A stretch of 64,000 bases of DNA, from positions 1 through 64,000 of the forward strand of contig JANOTL010000223.1 of NCBI GenBank assembly GCA_031416315.1. The letters are read 5' to 3'. Source of the DNA: Pseudomonadota bacterium. Its GTDB lineage: Bacteria; Bdellovibrionota_B; Oligoflexia; Oligoflexales; CAIYRB01. The notes under the pieces are model-generated. The model was not told where the DNA came from and did no database searches. It saw nothing but the letters and a program-made list of their open reading frames with translations. The stretch's first letter is position 1. Every line of letters begins with the position of its first letter. This document shows positions 17,217-27,510 of the stretch, piece by piece. The position numbers and the translations under genes are program-made.

Positions 17217-18302
17217 CTAAATCGAAGCCGCATACCTCGAATCGCGCCCCACCCAGATCCCCGACGCCTCCGCCGCATGCACGACATCTCCGTCCATGTC
17301 GACCAGGCGCCGCGCGTCCGCGATCTTCGCGTACGGGATCTCGATCAGCTCGTCCCTTCGCACGCCGACGACGCGGCCGAACTTCTTCTTCGCGATGAGC
17401 TCCACCGCATGCACGCCGAGCCGCGTCGCGAGGAGGCGATCGAAGGCGTTCGGGGTGCCGCCACGCTGCACGTGCCCCAGGGCCGTCGAGCGGGCATCGA
17501 CGCGGGTGCGCTTCATAACTTCCTGCGCGACCAGTTGGCCGATGCCGCCGAGCGTCGCCTCCTCCTTGTACAAGCGCTTGGCGCCCGTCGGATGGGCGCC
17601 CTCGGCGCAGACGATCAGGAACGACTCTCTGCCGAGCGCCTTTCGCGCCTCGATCTTGGCCGCTAGGCGCGCGAAGTCGAAGGGCTGCTCCGGCAGTAGC
17701 ACGGCATTCGCGCCTGCCGCGATGCCGGTCTCCAGGGCGATGTGCCCCGCGTCGCGCCCCATGACCTCGAGCACCATGCAGCGATTGTGGGCGGCCGCCG
17801 ACGTGCGCAGCCGTTCCGCTGCGTCAACGGCGGTGTCGACCGCCGTCCGAAAGCCGATGGTCAGATCGGAGCCGATGAGGTCGTTGTCGATCGTCTTCGG
17901 GATGCCGACGATGCCGAAGCCCGCCTCCGACAAGTGGCGCGCCATGAAATGGGTGCCGTCACCGCCGATCACCAGCAAGGCGTCCAAGCGTTGCGCCGCG
18001 AAGGAGGCGGAGAAGATTTTCAGGATCCGTGCCGCCTCGGCCTTCTTGCGGAAGGGGCTGCCTTTGTTCGAGGTCCCGAGGATGGTGCCGCCGAGCGCGT
18101 GCACGTCCTGAACGTCGAGGAGCCCGAGCGGCCAGACCTGATTCGGATCGGTCGTGAGACCGGTGAGGCCGTCGGCGATCCCCGTCACCTCCATGCCGTA
18201 AGAGCCGATCGCCGTCTTCACGATCGCGCGGATCGCCGCGTTGAGGCCGGGGCAATCGCCGCCGCCGGTGCACAGTCCAAGACGAACGGGTTTCCCTTTA
18301 AT
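17217..18302 (-). CDS. pfkA: ATP-dependent 6-phosphofructokinase; probable ATT start
   Basis: TGGGDCPGLN, GGTILGTS, IGGDGT, PKTIDNDL, EVMGR, LGHVQRGG; GAGGA SD 7 nt before ATT at 18302. Confidence 0.92.
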   Translation of the reverse strand: MKGKPVRLGLCTGGGDCPGLNAAIRAIVKTAIGSYGMEVTGIADGLTGLTTDPNQVWPLGLLDVQDVHALGGTILGTSNKGSPFRKKAEAARILKIFSASFAAQRLDALLVIGGDGTHFMARHLSEAGFGIVGIPKTIDNDLIGSDLTIGFRTAVDTAVDAAERLRTSAAAHNRCMVLEVMGRDAGHIALETGIAAGANAVLLPEQPFDFARLAAKIEARKALGRESFLIVCAEGAHPTGAKRLYKEEATLGGIGQLVAQEVMKRTRVDARSTALGHVQRGGTPNAFDRLLATRLGVHAVELIAKKKFGRVVGVRRDELIEIPYAKIADARRLVDMDGDVVHAAEASGIWVGRDSRYAASI

Positions 18303-18431
18303 TCTATGTTCCTCGGTGGTTACGTCCTGGGCCCGAGGCTCACCGCCTCAGGTTCTGCCGCCCGGGGCCGATAGGCCAAGTGGGTTACGCCTAGCCATTC
18401 TACACGACCCTGCGCAGGACCGGTTTACGGG

Positions 18432-19634
18432 ATGAGCCAACAACAGAACTTGCCCGCCAAGATTCTGATCGTCGATGACGACCCCTCCGTGGGCCAGTCG
18501 CTCGACGAGCCGCTCGTGCGTTACGGCGTGAAGATCGACAAAGCGCCGGCGCTCGAGACCGCGCTCTACATGTTCAACACGAACCGCTACGACGTCGTCC
18601 TGGTCGAGATCGAGTTCGCGCCGCTCGCCGGCCTCGCGTTGATCCAGAAGTGGCGGAGCCACGACACCCTCGAAAAGCGCTCGACCGCCTTCATCATGCT
18701 GAGCGGCAACAAGACCCTAGGCACCAACGAAGGCCTGATCCGCGAGCTCGGTGACCTCGAGGTGCTGGTGAAGCCCTTCGGCGCCATCCAGCTCCTCCCG
18801 TATCTAAGCCGCGCGCTCGCGACCAAGAAAAGAACGCAGGCGTACTTCGACCTCAAGACGAAGATCCTCGACTATTACGAGAAATCGAAGGACTTCGACA
18901 AGGCCGCCGAGCAGGTCCAGAAGCGGCTCGGAGACCTTGGTCCGAAGGGCTTTCACATGCTCTACGACCTCTACGAGAAGGCAGGCCGGTTCAACGACGC
19001 GCTCGCGGTGATTAACCCTTTGCTCGACCGCGACCCGAACAACATCGCCCTCCTGAACGCCAAGGCGCGCGTGCTCATGCGCCTCGGCAAGCTCCAGGAC
19101 GCGCGGACCTGCCTCGAGAAGGCCGACGAGCTCGCGCCGCAGAACATCGACCGTCTGAACAGCATGGCCGACGCTTACCTGAAGCTGAAAGATGCTTCCG
19201 GCACGGTGAAGACCTTCAAGAAGCTGCTGGACCTCTCGCCCGAGCAGCCGGATCTGAAGTTCGACATGTACTCGCGCCTCTACGAGAACGGCTTCGACAA
19301 CGAGGCGGCGGCGTTCGGCAAAGAGACGGCGAAGCCGATGGAGATCGTTCGCCACTACAACAACAAGGGCGTCATGCTGTCGAAAGACGGCAAAATCGAC
19401 GAGGCCCTCACCGAGTACCAGCGCGCCTTGCGCTTCTTCCCGAAGTTCAAAGAGAACTACCGCATCCACTTCAACATCGCGCTCGCCAACTTGGCGCTGA
19501 AGACGCGTGAAGGCCTGGATGCCGCGCACAAGAACCTCAAGACTTGCCTCGAGCTCGCGCCCGAGTTCGACAAAGCGCTCCGGACCTTGGAAACCATTGA
19601 GAAATCGCTGACGACCAAGAAAAAGGTGTCGTGA
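18432..19634 (+). CDS. Receiver-domain plus TPR-repeat protein
   Basis: KILIVDDD, MLSG, LVKPF; TPR helices (YNNKGV.LS.DG...EAL.EY.RAL). Confidence 0.85.
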   Translation: MSQQQNLPAKILIVDDDPSVGQSLDEPLVRYGVKIDKAPALETALYMFNTNRYDVVLVEIEFAPLAGLALIQKWRSHDTLEKRSTAFIMLSGNKTLGTNEGLIRELGDLEVLVKPFGAIQLLPYLSRALATKKRTQAYFDLKTKILDYYEKSKDFDKAAEQVQKRLGDLGPKGFHMLYDLYEKAGRFNDALAVINPLLDRDPNNIALLNAKARVLMRLGKLQDARTCLEKADELAPQNIDRLNSMADAYLKLKDASGTVKTFKKLLDLSPEQPDLKFDMYSRLYENGFDNEAAAFGKETAKPMEIVRHYNNKGVMLSKDGKIDEALTEYQRALRFFPKFKENYRIHFNIALANLALKTREGLDAAHKNLKTCLELAPEFDKALRTLETIEKSLTTKKKVS

Positions 19635-20332
19635 CCGCCATGCGCATGGACGACTCCTTCGCTGCGGTCGACTTCGCCTCCGATCCGGAAGGCGAGGACT
19701 TCGGCGAGGAGGCCGGCGGCGGCGGCGCGAGGGTCGGCCGCGGGCCGCTCGTGGCCGGCGCCCTCGCCGTCCTGGCGCTCGGCCTCTTCCTCGCGCGCGA
19801 CGCCTTCCGGCCGATGGCCGCGCGCATGGCGATCGCCGCGCCGCATGAATACCTCGAGGACGAGCAGCGCTTGAGCTTCGCGCCGTGCAAGGCGACGGAC
19901 CAGGATCTGGCGAAGATCGCGGCCTACTACCCGCACGCGAAAGAGGTGGTGCTCACCGGCTGCGCGGCGATCGGCCCTTCGGGCCTCAGGGGCTTGGCCC
20001 GGCTGAAGAAGCTCGAGACGCTCCGGTTCGACGGCACCAAAGGATTGGCCCCGAAGGGCTTGGCTTTCCTCGCCAAGAGCCCCGCGTTGAAGGACCTGTC
20101 GTTGCGGGGCGTGAAAATCGGAGACTCTGGCGCCCGCGCGCTCAAGGGCGCGCGCAAGCTCGAGCGCTTGGACATCTCCGGCACGAACATCACGGAGGCC
20201 GGAATGCTGAGCTTGGCCGGCCTCCCGAAGCTCAAGACCCTGGTCGTCGATCCCGCCTTCGCGAAGGCGAACGTTTTGGTCGAGATCAAAAAACAGCGCC
20301 CCGCCCTGGCGCTTTCGCTCCCCGGCCGCTGA
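19631..20332 (+). CDS. Membrane-anchored leucine-rich repeat protein
   Basis: TM helix, then LETLRFDGT / LKDLSLRGVKIGDSG / LERLDISGTNITEAG repeats. Confidence 0.75.
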   Translation: MTAMRMDDSFAAVDFASDPEGEDFGEEAGGGGARVGRGPLVAGALAVLALGLFLARDAFRPMAARMAIAAPHEYLEDEQRLSFAPCKATDQDLAKIAAYYPHAKEVVLTGCAAIGPSGLRGLARLKKLETLRFDGTKGLAPKGLAFLAKSPALKDLSLRGVKIGDSGARALKGARKLERLDISGTNITEAGMLSLAGLPKLKTLVVDPAFAKANVLVEIKKQRPALALSLPGR

Positions 20333-20398
20333 GGTCTTGACAGGCTCGCTCCCGAATATACTCTGAGCTTAAACACTCGAGTTTATGGGAGGCGGGCC

Positions 20399-21319
20399 GT
20401 GATCCACGTCCAGTCCCTGACCAAGGAATTTTCTGGTTTCCGCGCAGTCGATCAGCTGAGCTTCGAGGTCCCGCAAGGCCAGATTCTGGGCTTTCTCGGG
20501 CCGAACGGCGCCGGGAAGTCGACGACGATGAAGATGCTCACCGGCTTCGTCGAGCCGAGCTCCGGCACGGCGCTCGTCGGCGGCAAGGACATCCGCACCG
20601 CCTCGCTCGAGGTGCGGCGCCTCATCGGCTACCTGCCCGAGAGCGCGCCCTCGTACGGCGAGATGACCGTCGTCGAGTTCCTGCGCTTCATCGCCGAGAT
20701 GCGCGGCAAGCGCGGCGCCGCGCGCGAGTCCGCCGCCGCGGCGATGCGCGAGACCTGCGCTCTGGAAAGCGTCTGGACGCAGCCGATCGAGACCTTGTCG
20801 AAAGGCTATCGCCAGCGCGTCGGCTTCGCTCAGGCCTTGATCCACGACCCGGCCATCCTGATCCTCGACGAGCCCACCGACGGCTTGGACCCGAATCAAA
20901 AGCATCAGGTGCGCGAGCTCATCCGCCGGATGGGCGCGGCGAAGACCATCATCTTGTCGACGCACATCCTCGAAGAGGTCGAGGCGGTGTGCCAGCGCGC
21001 CATCATCATCGCCAAAGGCAGGATCGTCGCCGACGCGACGCCGGCCGATTTGATGCGCCAGTCGTCGAGCTACAACGCCGTCACCATGCGGGTCGCCACG
21101 CGCGACGTCGAAAGGGCGCGCGAGCTGCTCGGCCGCCTGAGCGCCGTCGAGCGCGTCGAGGAGCTCACGATTCCCGGGGCGATCCGCGTCTTCCCGCGCT
21201 CGGGGCAATCCATCGCCGCCAGCGTCTCGGAGCTGACCCGGGCGCAGAATCTTCCGGTGGAGCAGATCCAAGTCGAGCCCGGAAGGCTGGACGAAGTCTT
21301 CAGAAAGGTGACCCACTGA
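20399..21319 (+). CDS. ABC transporter ATPase, GldA-like
   Basis: GPNGAGKST, LSKGYRQRV, ILDEPT, STH. Confidence 0.9.
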   Translation: MIHVQSLTKEFSGFRAVDQLSFEVPQGQILGFLGPNGAGKSTTMKMLTGFVEPSSGTALVGGKDIRTASLEVRRLIGYLPESAPSYGEMTVVEFLRFIAEMRGKRGAARESAAAAMRETCALESVWTQPIETLSKGYRQRVGFAQALIHDPAILILDEPTDGLDPNQKHQVRELIRRMGAAKTIILSTHILEEVEAVCQRAIIIAKGRIVADATPADLMRQSSSYNAVTMRVATRDVERARELLGRLSAVERVEELTIPGAIRVFPRSGQSIAASVSELTRAQNLPVEQIQVEPGRLDEVFRKVTH

Positions 21320-22062
21320 TGGCTGCCATGTCGCAATTCACCCCCTTGTTCAAGCGCGAGTTCCTGGCATATTTCCGCTCGCCCGTGGCCTACGTCTTCA
21401 TCGTCATCTTCCTGCTCGCCGCGGTGGGCTCGACCTTTTTCCTCGGCCGACTCTACGAAGGCAACCAGGCGGACCTCGACTCCTTCTTCATGTATCTGCC
21501 GTGGCTCTACCTGATCTTCGTCCCGGCTGTCGGCATGCGGCTCTGGGCCGAGGAGCGGCGCTCGGGGACGATCGAGCTCCTCTTCACCCTGCCGGTGACG
21601 ATGGCCGAGGCGGTCCTCGCGAAGTTCGCGGCCGGCTGGGCCTTCCTCGTGACGGCCCTGGCCCTGACGTTTCCGCTCGCGATCACGGTCAACTATCTCG
21701 GCAGCCCCGACAACGGCGTGATCCTCGCCGGCTACCTCGGCAGCGCCTTGATGGCCGGCGCCTACCTCGCGATCTCGTGCTTCACCTCGGCCTTGACCAA
21801 GAATCAGGTCGTCGGCTTCATCCTCGGCGTCGTCATCTGCTTCGTCCTCGTCCTCGTCGGCTGGGGCGTCTTCACCAACGTCCTGGCGCAGTTCCTGCCG
21901 GCGGCGGCGATCGACGCGATCGCCTCGGTCGGCTTCATGAGCCACTGGAGCGGCATCAGCCGCGGCCTGATCGACACCCGGGATCTCATCTACTTCGCCT
22001 CGGCGATCTTCGTCGGCCTGGCCTTGAACACCTTGGTCCTCACCTTGAAGAAAGCGAGCTGA
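21319..22062 (+). CDS. ABC-2 permease, GldF-like
   Basis: YFRSPVAY, MRLWAEERRSGTIELL.TLP, RGLIDTRDLIYF. Confidence 0.88.
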   Translation: MAAMSQFTPLFKREFLAYFRSPVAYVFIVIFLLAAVGSTFFLGRLYEGNQADLDSFFMYLPWLYLIFVPAVGMRLWAEERRSGTIELLFTLPVTMAEAVLAKFAAGWAFLVTALALTFPLAITVNYLGSPDNGVILAGYLGSALMAGAYLAISCFTSALTKNQVVGFILGVVICFVLVLVGWGVFTNVLAQFLPAAAIDAIASVGFMSHWSGISRGLIDTRDLIYFASAIFVGLALNTLVLTLKKAS

Positions 22063-22065
22063 GGC

Positions 22066-23955
22066 ATGCTGAAAAAGCTCACCACCACCGGCTCCGGCCT
22101 GGCAATGCTGGCGCTCGTCGTCCTCGCCGTCAACATCATCGCCTCGCGGCTCTCGACGCGCGTCGACGTGACGAGCGAGAAAGTCTTCAGCCTGTCGGAA
22201 GGCACCGAGAAGATCCTGGAGAAGCTCGACTCGGAGGTCACCGCCAAGCTCTATTTTTCGCGCTCCCTGAAGGAGCTCCCAGTCGTCGTGAAGACGTACG
22301 CGACGCGCGTCGAGGAAGTGCTGACCGAGTATGCGGCCAGGAGCGGCGGCAAGCTCAAGCTCGAAACTCTCGATCCGAAGCCCGACACCGACGACGAGGA
22401 ATGGGCGCAGCGCTACGGCATCAACGCGGCGCGCCTGCCTTCGGGTGAGTCGATGTTCTTCGGCATCGTCTTTCAGCAAGGCGCGAAAGAGGTCGTGATC
22501 CCTTACCTCGACCCTAGGCGCGAGGAGCTCCTCGAGTACGATCTGTCGGAGGCTCTGGTCTCCGTCTTCCGGAAGGAGACGGCGAAGATCGCGATCGCGA
22601 GCTCGCTCCCCGTCATGGGCGGCGGCGGCGCGCAAGCCATGGGCGGCGGCGAGGGGCCGTGGGTCTTCGTCACCGACCTCAAGCGCAACTTCGACGTGCA
22701 GGAGCTTCTGCCCAGCACCCGGGAGATCGCCCCCGAGATTCAGGTCGTCGTGCTGATCCACCCCAAAAATCTGGATGAAACGACGCTCTATGCCGTCGAT
22801 CAGTTCGTCCTGCGCGGCGGCCGCCTGATCGCGATCGTCGATCCCTTGTCGCGCGTCGACCTGATGATGGCGAGTGCCATGCAGCGCGGGCAGATGCCGG
22901 ACGCCAGCTCAGACTTAGCGAAGCTCTTCGGCGCCTGGGGCCTCGAGTACGACAAGGCGAAGCTCGTCGGCGACGCCACGATGGCGACGCGCATCAACGC
23001 CGGCGGCGCCGAGCTCAGCTATCCGTTCTTCATGAGCGTCGGCGAGACGGCGTTCAACGCCCAGTCGGTGATCGCCGGCAAGCTCCGCCAAATGCTACTC
23101 GGTGAGCCGGGGTCGATCGCCCTCAAGGCCGGGACGACGGGCGTTACGCTCGAGCCCTTGATCACGACGACGAAAGAGAGCGGCACGGCGCAGGCCATGC
23201 TCGCCGGCATCATGGGCCCGCAAGACGTGATGCGGGAGATGAAGCTCGACGGTCAAGAGCGTGTGCTCGCCGGACTGCTGAAGGGCAAGTTGAAGGGCGC
23301 CTTCGCCGCAGCGCCTGCCGACGCGCCCCCGCCGGAAGGCGGAAGCGGCGCCCCGCCGCCGCGACAGCTGCCGCATCTCGCCGAATCCGCTGGTGAATCG
23401 ACCGTCCTGGTCATCGCCGACACCGATTTTCTCTTCGACGGCAACGCGGTCGAGAAGTTTCCGTTCGGGAACCAGATGATGGTGCGCATGCGGAACGACA
23501 ACTTGAGCTTCTTGTCGAACGCGGTCGACTTCCTCGGCGGCAGCCAAGACTTGATCTCGATCCGCTCGCGCGGCCGGATCGCCCGCCCCTTCACCCGGGT
23601 GGCGGCGCTGCAAGCGTCGGCGCAGAAGCGCTGGCAGGCGGAGGAAGAGCGCCTGACCAAGGAGCTCACCGATCTGCAAGGAAAGCTCAACGACCTGCAG
23701 AAGCAGCGTACCGACGGCAACCGCTTCGTCCTCACCGCGGAGCAGCAGAAGAAGATCGACGATTTCCGCGAGCAGGAGCGCGCGGTGAAGAAGGCGCGTC
23801 GCGACGTGCGCCGCAATTTGCGCGAGGACATCGAGCGCCTCGGCAATCGCCTCGTCGCCTTGAACATGCTGGTCGTCCCGTTCGCCTGCACCGTCTTCGG
23901 CGCCGTCGTCTTCGCGCGCCGCGGGCGGCGCCGGAAGGAGGTGTCCCGTGGCTAA
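22066..23955 (+). CDS. GldG-family ABC auxiliary protein
   Basis: RVD.T.EK.FSLSEGT..IL, LEYDLS, YAVDQFVLRGG, NAVD.L.G..DLISIRSR. Confidence 0.85.
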   Translation: MLKKLTTTGSGLAMLALVVLAVNIIASRLSTRVDVTSEKVFSLSEGTEKILEKLDSEVTAKLYFSRSLKELPVVVKTYATRVEEVLTEYAARSGGKLKLETLDPKPDTDDEEWAQRYGINAARLPSGESMFFGIVFQQGAKEVVIPYLDPRREELLEYDLSEALVSVFRKETAKIAIASSLPVMGGGGAQAMGGGEGPWVFVTDLKRNFDVQELLPSTREIAPEIQVVVLIHPKNLDETTLYAVDQFVLRGGRLIAIVDPLSRVDLMMASAMQRGQMPDASSDLAKLFGAWGLEYDKAKLVGDATMATRINAGGAELSYPFFMSVGETAFNAQSVIAGKLRQMLLGEPGSIALKAGTTGVTLEPLITTTKESGTAQAMLAGIMGPQDVMREMKLDGQERVLAGLLKGKLKGAFAAAPADAPPPEGGSGAPPPRQLPHLAESAGESTVLVIADTDFLFDGNAVEKFPFGNQMMVRMRNDNLSFLSNAVDFLGGSQDLISIRSRGRIARPFTRVAALQASAQKRWQAEEERLTKELTDLQGKLNDLQKQRTDGNRFVLTAEQQKKIDDFREQERAVKKARRDVRRNLREDIERLGNRLVALNMLVVPFACTVFGAVVFARRGRRRKEVSRG

Positions 23956-24910
23956 GCAGAAGCTCTGGCTCATCACCGCGGTCCTGGTCCTGGCCGCCGG
24001 CGCAACCCTCTTGTGGGACCGCAAGAATGCCGGCTCCGGGGGCGAGGCGCGCGTCGGCCGCTATCTGGTCGAGCCGGGCACCGATCTGGAGCGCATCGAC
24101 TTGAAGAAGGGCGACAAGACCTTAGCCCTCGTGCGCGACGCGCAAAAGACGTGGCGGCTGGGCGACGCGAACGGTTTCCCTGCGGACGCGACGCGGGTGG
24201 CGCAGCTCGTCGACGCGCTCATGCGGACGAAGATCGACACGGCCGTCGACGCCAAGCCCGAGGCGATGGCCGAGCTCGGCTTCGGCGACGGCGCCACCAC
24301 CGTGACCGCGACCGCCGCCGGCAAAGCGCTGCCGCTCGTCACGCTCGCGGGCCCGCGCAAAAACGGCGGCCAGTACGTCGGACTCGGCGCGACGGACCGC
24401 GCTTTCCTCGTTGCGCTGGCGGTCTCTGCCGAGCCGGATGCGGGGCCGTGGGAGCTCAAGACCCTGCTCGACCTCGCGAAGGACGAGGTGAAGTCGGTGA
24501 GCTTCGGTGGCACGACGCCCGTCACCCTGTCGCGGGAAAAGAAGGAGGACGCGCTCGCCGTCCAGGGACTCGCAGCGAACGAGAAGGAGAAGCCCGCGGC
24601 AAAGGCCGTGGAGACGACGCCGACGGGCTTGGCGTTCACCAAGCGCTACGACAAGTCGAACGAGGAGGCGAAGTCGGCGCTGGCGACGCCGACCACCGTG
24701 ACGGTCACGACGTTCGCGGGGAAGACCTATGTCTTCAAAGTCGGCAGCGTCGGCGATGCGACGAAGAAGTGGTTCCTAAGCATCGAGGGCGACGGCGTCG
24801 CGCCGGAGCTGAAGGGCTTGATGGACTCGTGGTGGTTCGAAATCCCCGAGTCGACCGCGCAGCGGTTCACCAAAGGGCGTCCCGACTTCATCGAGGCATC
24901 GGCGGGGTAG
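23948..24910 (+). CDS. DUF4340-like membrane-anchored protein
   Basis: N-terminal anchor; usual fourth gene of Gld-like ABC operons; FPAD..RV..L, ELGF. Confidence 0.7.
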   Translation: MAKQKLWLITAVLVLAAGATLLWDRKNAGSGGEARVGRYLVEPGTDLERIDLKKGDKTLALVRDAQKTWRLGDANGFPADATRVAQLVDALMRTKIDTAVDAKPEAMAELGFGDGATTVTATAAGKALPLVTLAGPRKNGGQYVGLGATDRAFLVALAVSAEPDAGPWELKTLLDLAKDEVKSVSFGGTTPVTLSREKKEDALAVQGLAANEKEKPAAKAVETTPTGLAFTKRYDKSNEEAKSALATPTTVTVTTFAGKTYVFKVGSVGDATKKWFLSIEGDGVAPELKGLMDSWWFEIPESTAQRFTKGRPDFIEASAG

Positions 24911-25091
24911 GGCCCCTTCACGGGCGCGAGGCGCGAGCGCGAAGTGCGTGCGGTGTCGCAGGCCCGCGGTTCTTTGCTGCCGTAGACCTCGTCGTGTGCA
25001 TTGGCTTATCGCTTGTGCGTGCGCTTGCGCCCCACCCTATGGGTAGCCCGTTTCCCTTCACGTATTCTTCGAGGTCCGCCTATGCGACAGC

Positions 25092-25553
25092 TCAGCCACG
25101 AGAAGGCGCCATCTCGCAGTCAACCACTTCCGCATCCCCTTCGCCTTCGCCCGCCATCGCCTTCGCCGTGAAGACGCCAGGACGGAGCTTCCCGTCCGTG
25201 GCTTGCGACGAGATCGAGAGGGTGTGCGAGCCAAAGTCCCAGGCTTTGCCGCCGTGGTCGGCCTTCACTTGCTCTCCGCGCAGGTACACCGTCGGCATGT
25301 CGTCGCCGTCGCCGTCCGGTCCCTTGTAGCGCTCGAACTCGAGCTCGGCGCCAGGACCGCCGCTCGGGGCGTTGCGCGCGACGAGACGGATGGCGCCGTA
25401 GTAGCCGCCGGCCGTGCAGTTGGCCGCGACGATGAAGCCTGCGGTCGGCCCTTGGGCGCCGCCGGCGTCAGTGTTTTGCACGCGCGAGACCGGCGAGGTC
25501 GTCCGGCATGCGGTCGCGAGGAGGACAAAGGTCACGAAGGCTACATGGCGCAT
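25092..25553 (-). CDS. Hypothetical lipoprotein
   Basis: MRHVAFVTFVLLATA-C. Confidence 0.65.
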   Translation of the reverse strand: MRHVAFVTFVLLATACRTTSPVSRVQNTDAGGAQGPTAGFIVAANCTAGGYYGAIRLVARNAPSGGPGAELEFERYKGPDGDGDDMPTVYLRGEQVKADHGGKAWDFGSHTLSISSQATDGKLRPGVFTAKAMAGEGEGDAEVVDCEMAPSRG

Positions 25554-25573
25554 GCTAAGGTCCTTCACTGGGA

Positions 25574-26863
25574 TCATGAAGCGATTCTATCCGCGACGCG
25601 GGGTCCGTGCAGCCAGAAAGTCCGAAGCCCGCCCCGGCCCTTGATCTCGATGATGCCCCGATCCTCCAGGACGAAGTCGTGGGGCGCCAAGTCCTCGAGC
25701 GCGAGAGCCGTCGCCTCCGCCACCTGCACAAGGCCGGCCTCGCCGTGCGATTCCATGCGGCTCGCGAGGTTCACCGTGTCGCCCCAGAGGTCGTAGATGA
25801 ACTTGCGCTGGCCGATGACGCCGGCGACCACCGGGCCGGTATTGACGCCGATGCGCAGGTCGAGCGTCGTCCCGTTCGAGGCGTTGAACGTGAGGACCAC
25901 GTCCTGCATCGCGAGCGCCATGCGCGCGATCCGCAGCGCGTGGTCGGTCGTCCGATCCGGCAGGCCGGCGCAGGCCATATAGGCGTCACCGATCGTCTTG
26001 ATCTTCTCGACCCCGAAATGCTCGGCCAGGGCGTCGAAGCGCGAGAAGATGCCGTTCAGGAGCTCGACGATTTGTTGCGGCCCCGTCGACAGGGCGAGCG
26101 GCGTGAAGTTCACCAGGTCGGCGAACATCACGGTGACGTTCTCGTAGTGGTCGGCGATCGTGCCCGGCGTCGCGCGCAACCGGTCCGCCACTTGGCGCGG
26201 CAGGATGTTGAGGAGAAGTTCTTCCGACTTCGCATGCGCCGCCGCCAGCTCGATCCCCCGTTGGAAGTCGATGCGGAACACGGCTTCGAGCCGGAAAGAC
26301 ACGATGCCGCCGACGATGTGGGAGATGATGAAGAAGTTCACCAAGGTCACGAGCGCGTGCGTGCCGATGAAGCCGGTGGCTGCAGACACCGTGACGACGA
26401 TCGCGGTGTAAGCCAAGGCGGCGCCGGCCGCGTAGACGTAGCGCAGGCGCAGGCACGTGTAGAAGACGATCGTGAACAGGACGGTGGCCTGGCGTTGGAA
26501 CACCGCGGCGACGCCCGGCGCATAGAGAACGAGGAGCACGTCGGTGATGCCGAAGTTCATCACCGTGAGGATCGCCGTCGACCACTGGTAGCGCTTCTCT
26601 GCGCGCGGAAAGTAGGTCTGGACGAAGGTAAAGGCGAGCATCGGGATCGTGAAGAAGAAGATGATCCGGCTGCGGATGGCGTCCATTTCGCCGAACGCGA
26701 TGAGGTCGGTGATCAGCAACAAGAGGTAGCCGCAGATGCCGATGACCGCGATCGCGCGCAGGAGTCCTAGGGAGCGGCGGTTGTGGCGCTCGCGGAAGCG
26801 GGCCTCGAGCTCCGGCGGGAAGGGCTCGATGAATTTCCAGGTGGTCTTGAGTCGCGAGAACAT
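25574..26863 (-). CDS. Membrane-bound class III adenylate/guanylate cyclase
   Basis: About 6 TM; LLLNILP, FADLVNFT, KIKTIGDAYM, YDLWGDTVNLASRMES; start uncertain. Confidence 0.92.
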   Translation of the reverse strand: MFSRLKTTWKFIEPFPPELEARFRERHNRRSLGLLRAIAVIGICGYLLLLITDLIAFGEMDAIRSRIIFFFTIPMLAFTFVQTYFPRAEKRYQWSTAILTVMNFGITDVLLVLYAPGVAAVFQRQATVLFTIVFYTCLRLRYVYAAGAALAYTAIVVTVSAATGFIGTHALVTLVNFFIISHIVGGIVSFRLEAVFRIDFQRGIELAAAHAKSEELLLNILPRQVADRLRATPGTIADHYENVTVMFADLVNFTPLALSTGPQQIVELLNGIFSRFDALAEHFGVEKIKTIGDAYMACAGLPDRTTDHALRIARMALAMQDVVLTFNASNGTTLDLRIGVNTGPVVAGVIGQRKFIYDLWGDTVNLASRMESHGEAGLVQVAEATALALEDLAPHDFVLEDRGIIEIKGRGGLRTFWLHGPRVADRIAS

Positions 26864-26948
26864 GCGGGCGGGAAGGCCTCCGCTCTGTTCATCGGTCCGC
26901 GCTCTGCGCTCTTGAGATGCGGGCGGCGATCCCGGCCGCACCATTGCG

Positions 26949-27509
26949 CTAGTTGGCGGGCTTTGCCGGTTTGCCAAGCGCCAGGAAGGCGCCGATCAAG
27001 TCTTCGTGCGCCGGTGATTTCACTTTCCCGGGGTTGGCGTAGTGGAAGCGGCGGTCGATTCCCTTGCCCTTGGTCGCGCGGACGAAGTCGAAGACGAGCT
27101 GGTCGAAAGCCAGCACGTTGATCGACGCGAGCTCAGCCCCCGCCAGGGCGAGCGGCCGGATCGTCTCCCATTCGCTCGCGGTGAGCGGCCGCTCGGGCTC
27201 GGCCTTCACCCGGCCGGCGGGAACGTGGACGAGGCGGGCGCCGCCGGCGTCGACGAAGATCATGAACTGTCCGGCGTCGGCCCAGCCGCCCTCGCTGAAA
27301 AGGCCGTAGCCGACCTCGGCTTTCGGGTCGGCGGCGAAGAGCTTCTCGAAGTCCTTCTGCCAGGCGGTCGCGACCTGTGCGGCGGGCACAGCTTCGGCGC
27401 TCCCGCCTTGGGCCGTGTCCTTCGCCGAGTCCTTCGTTTCAGGGCCTAAGCCCGTGATGCAGCCGCAGGCGGCGCAAAGCGCCATGAGGGCGAATAAAGC
27501 GCATCTCAT
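26949..27509 (-). CDS. Hypothetical lipoprotein
   Basis: MRCALFALMALCAACG-C; follows the upstream ORF by 1 nt. Confidence 0.6.
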   Translation of the reverse strand: MRCALFALMALCAACGCITGLGPETKDSAKDTAQGGSAEAVPAAQVATAWQKDFEKLFAADPKAEVGYGLFSEGGWADAGQFMIFVDAGGARLVHVPAGRVKAEPERPLTASEWETIRPLALAGAELASINVLAFDQLVFDFVRATKGKGIDRRFHYANPGKVKSPAHEDLIGAFLALGKPAKPAN

Positions 27510-27510
27510 T

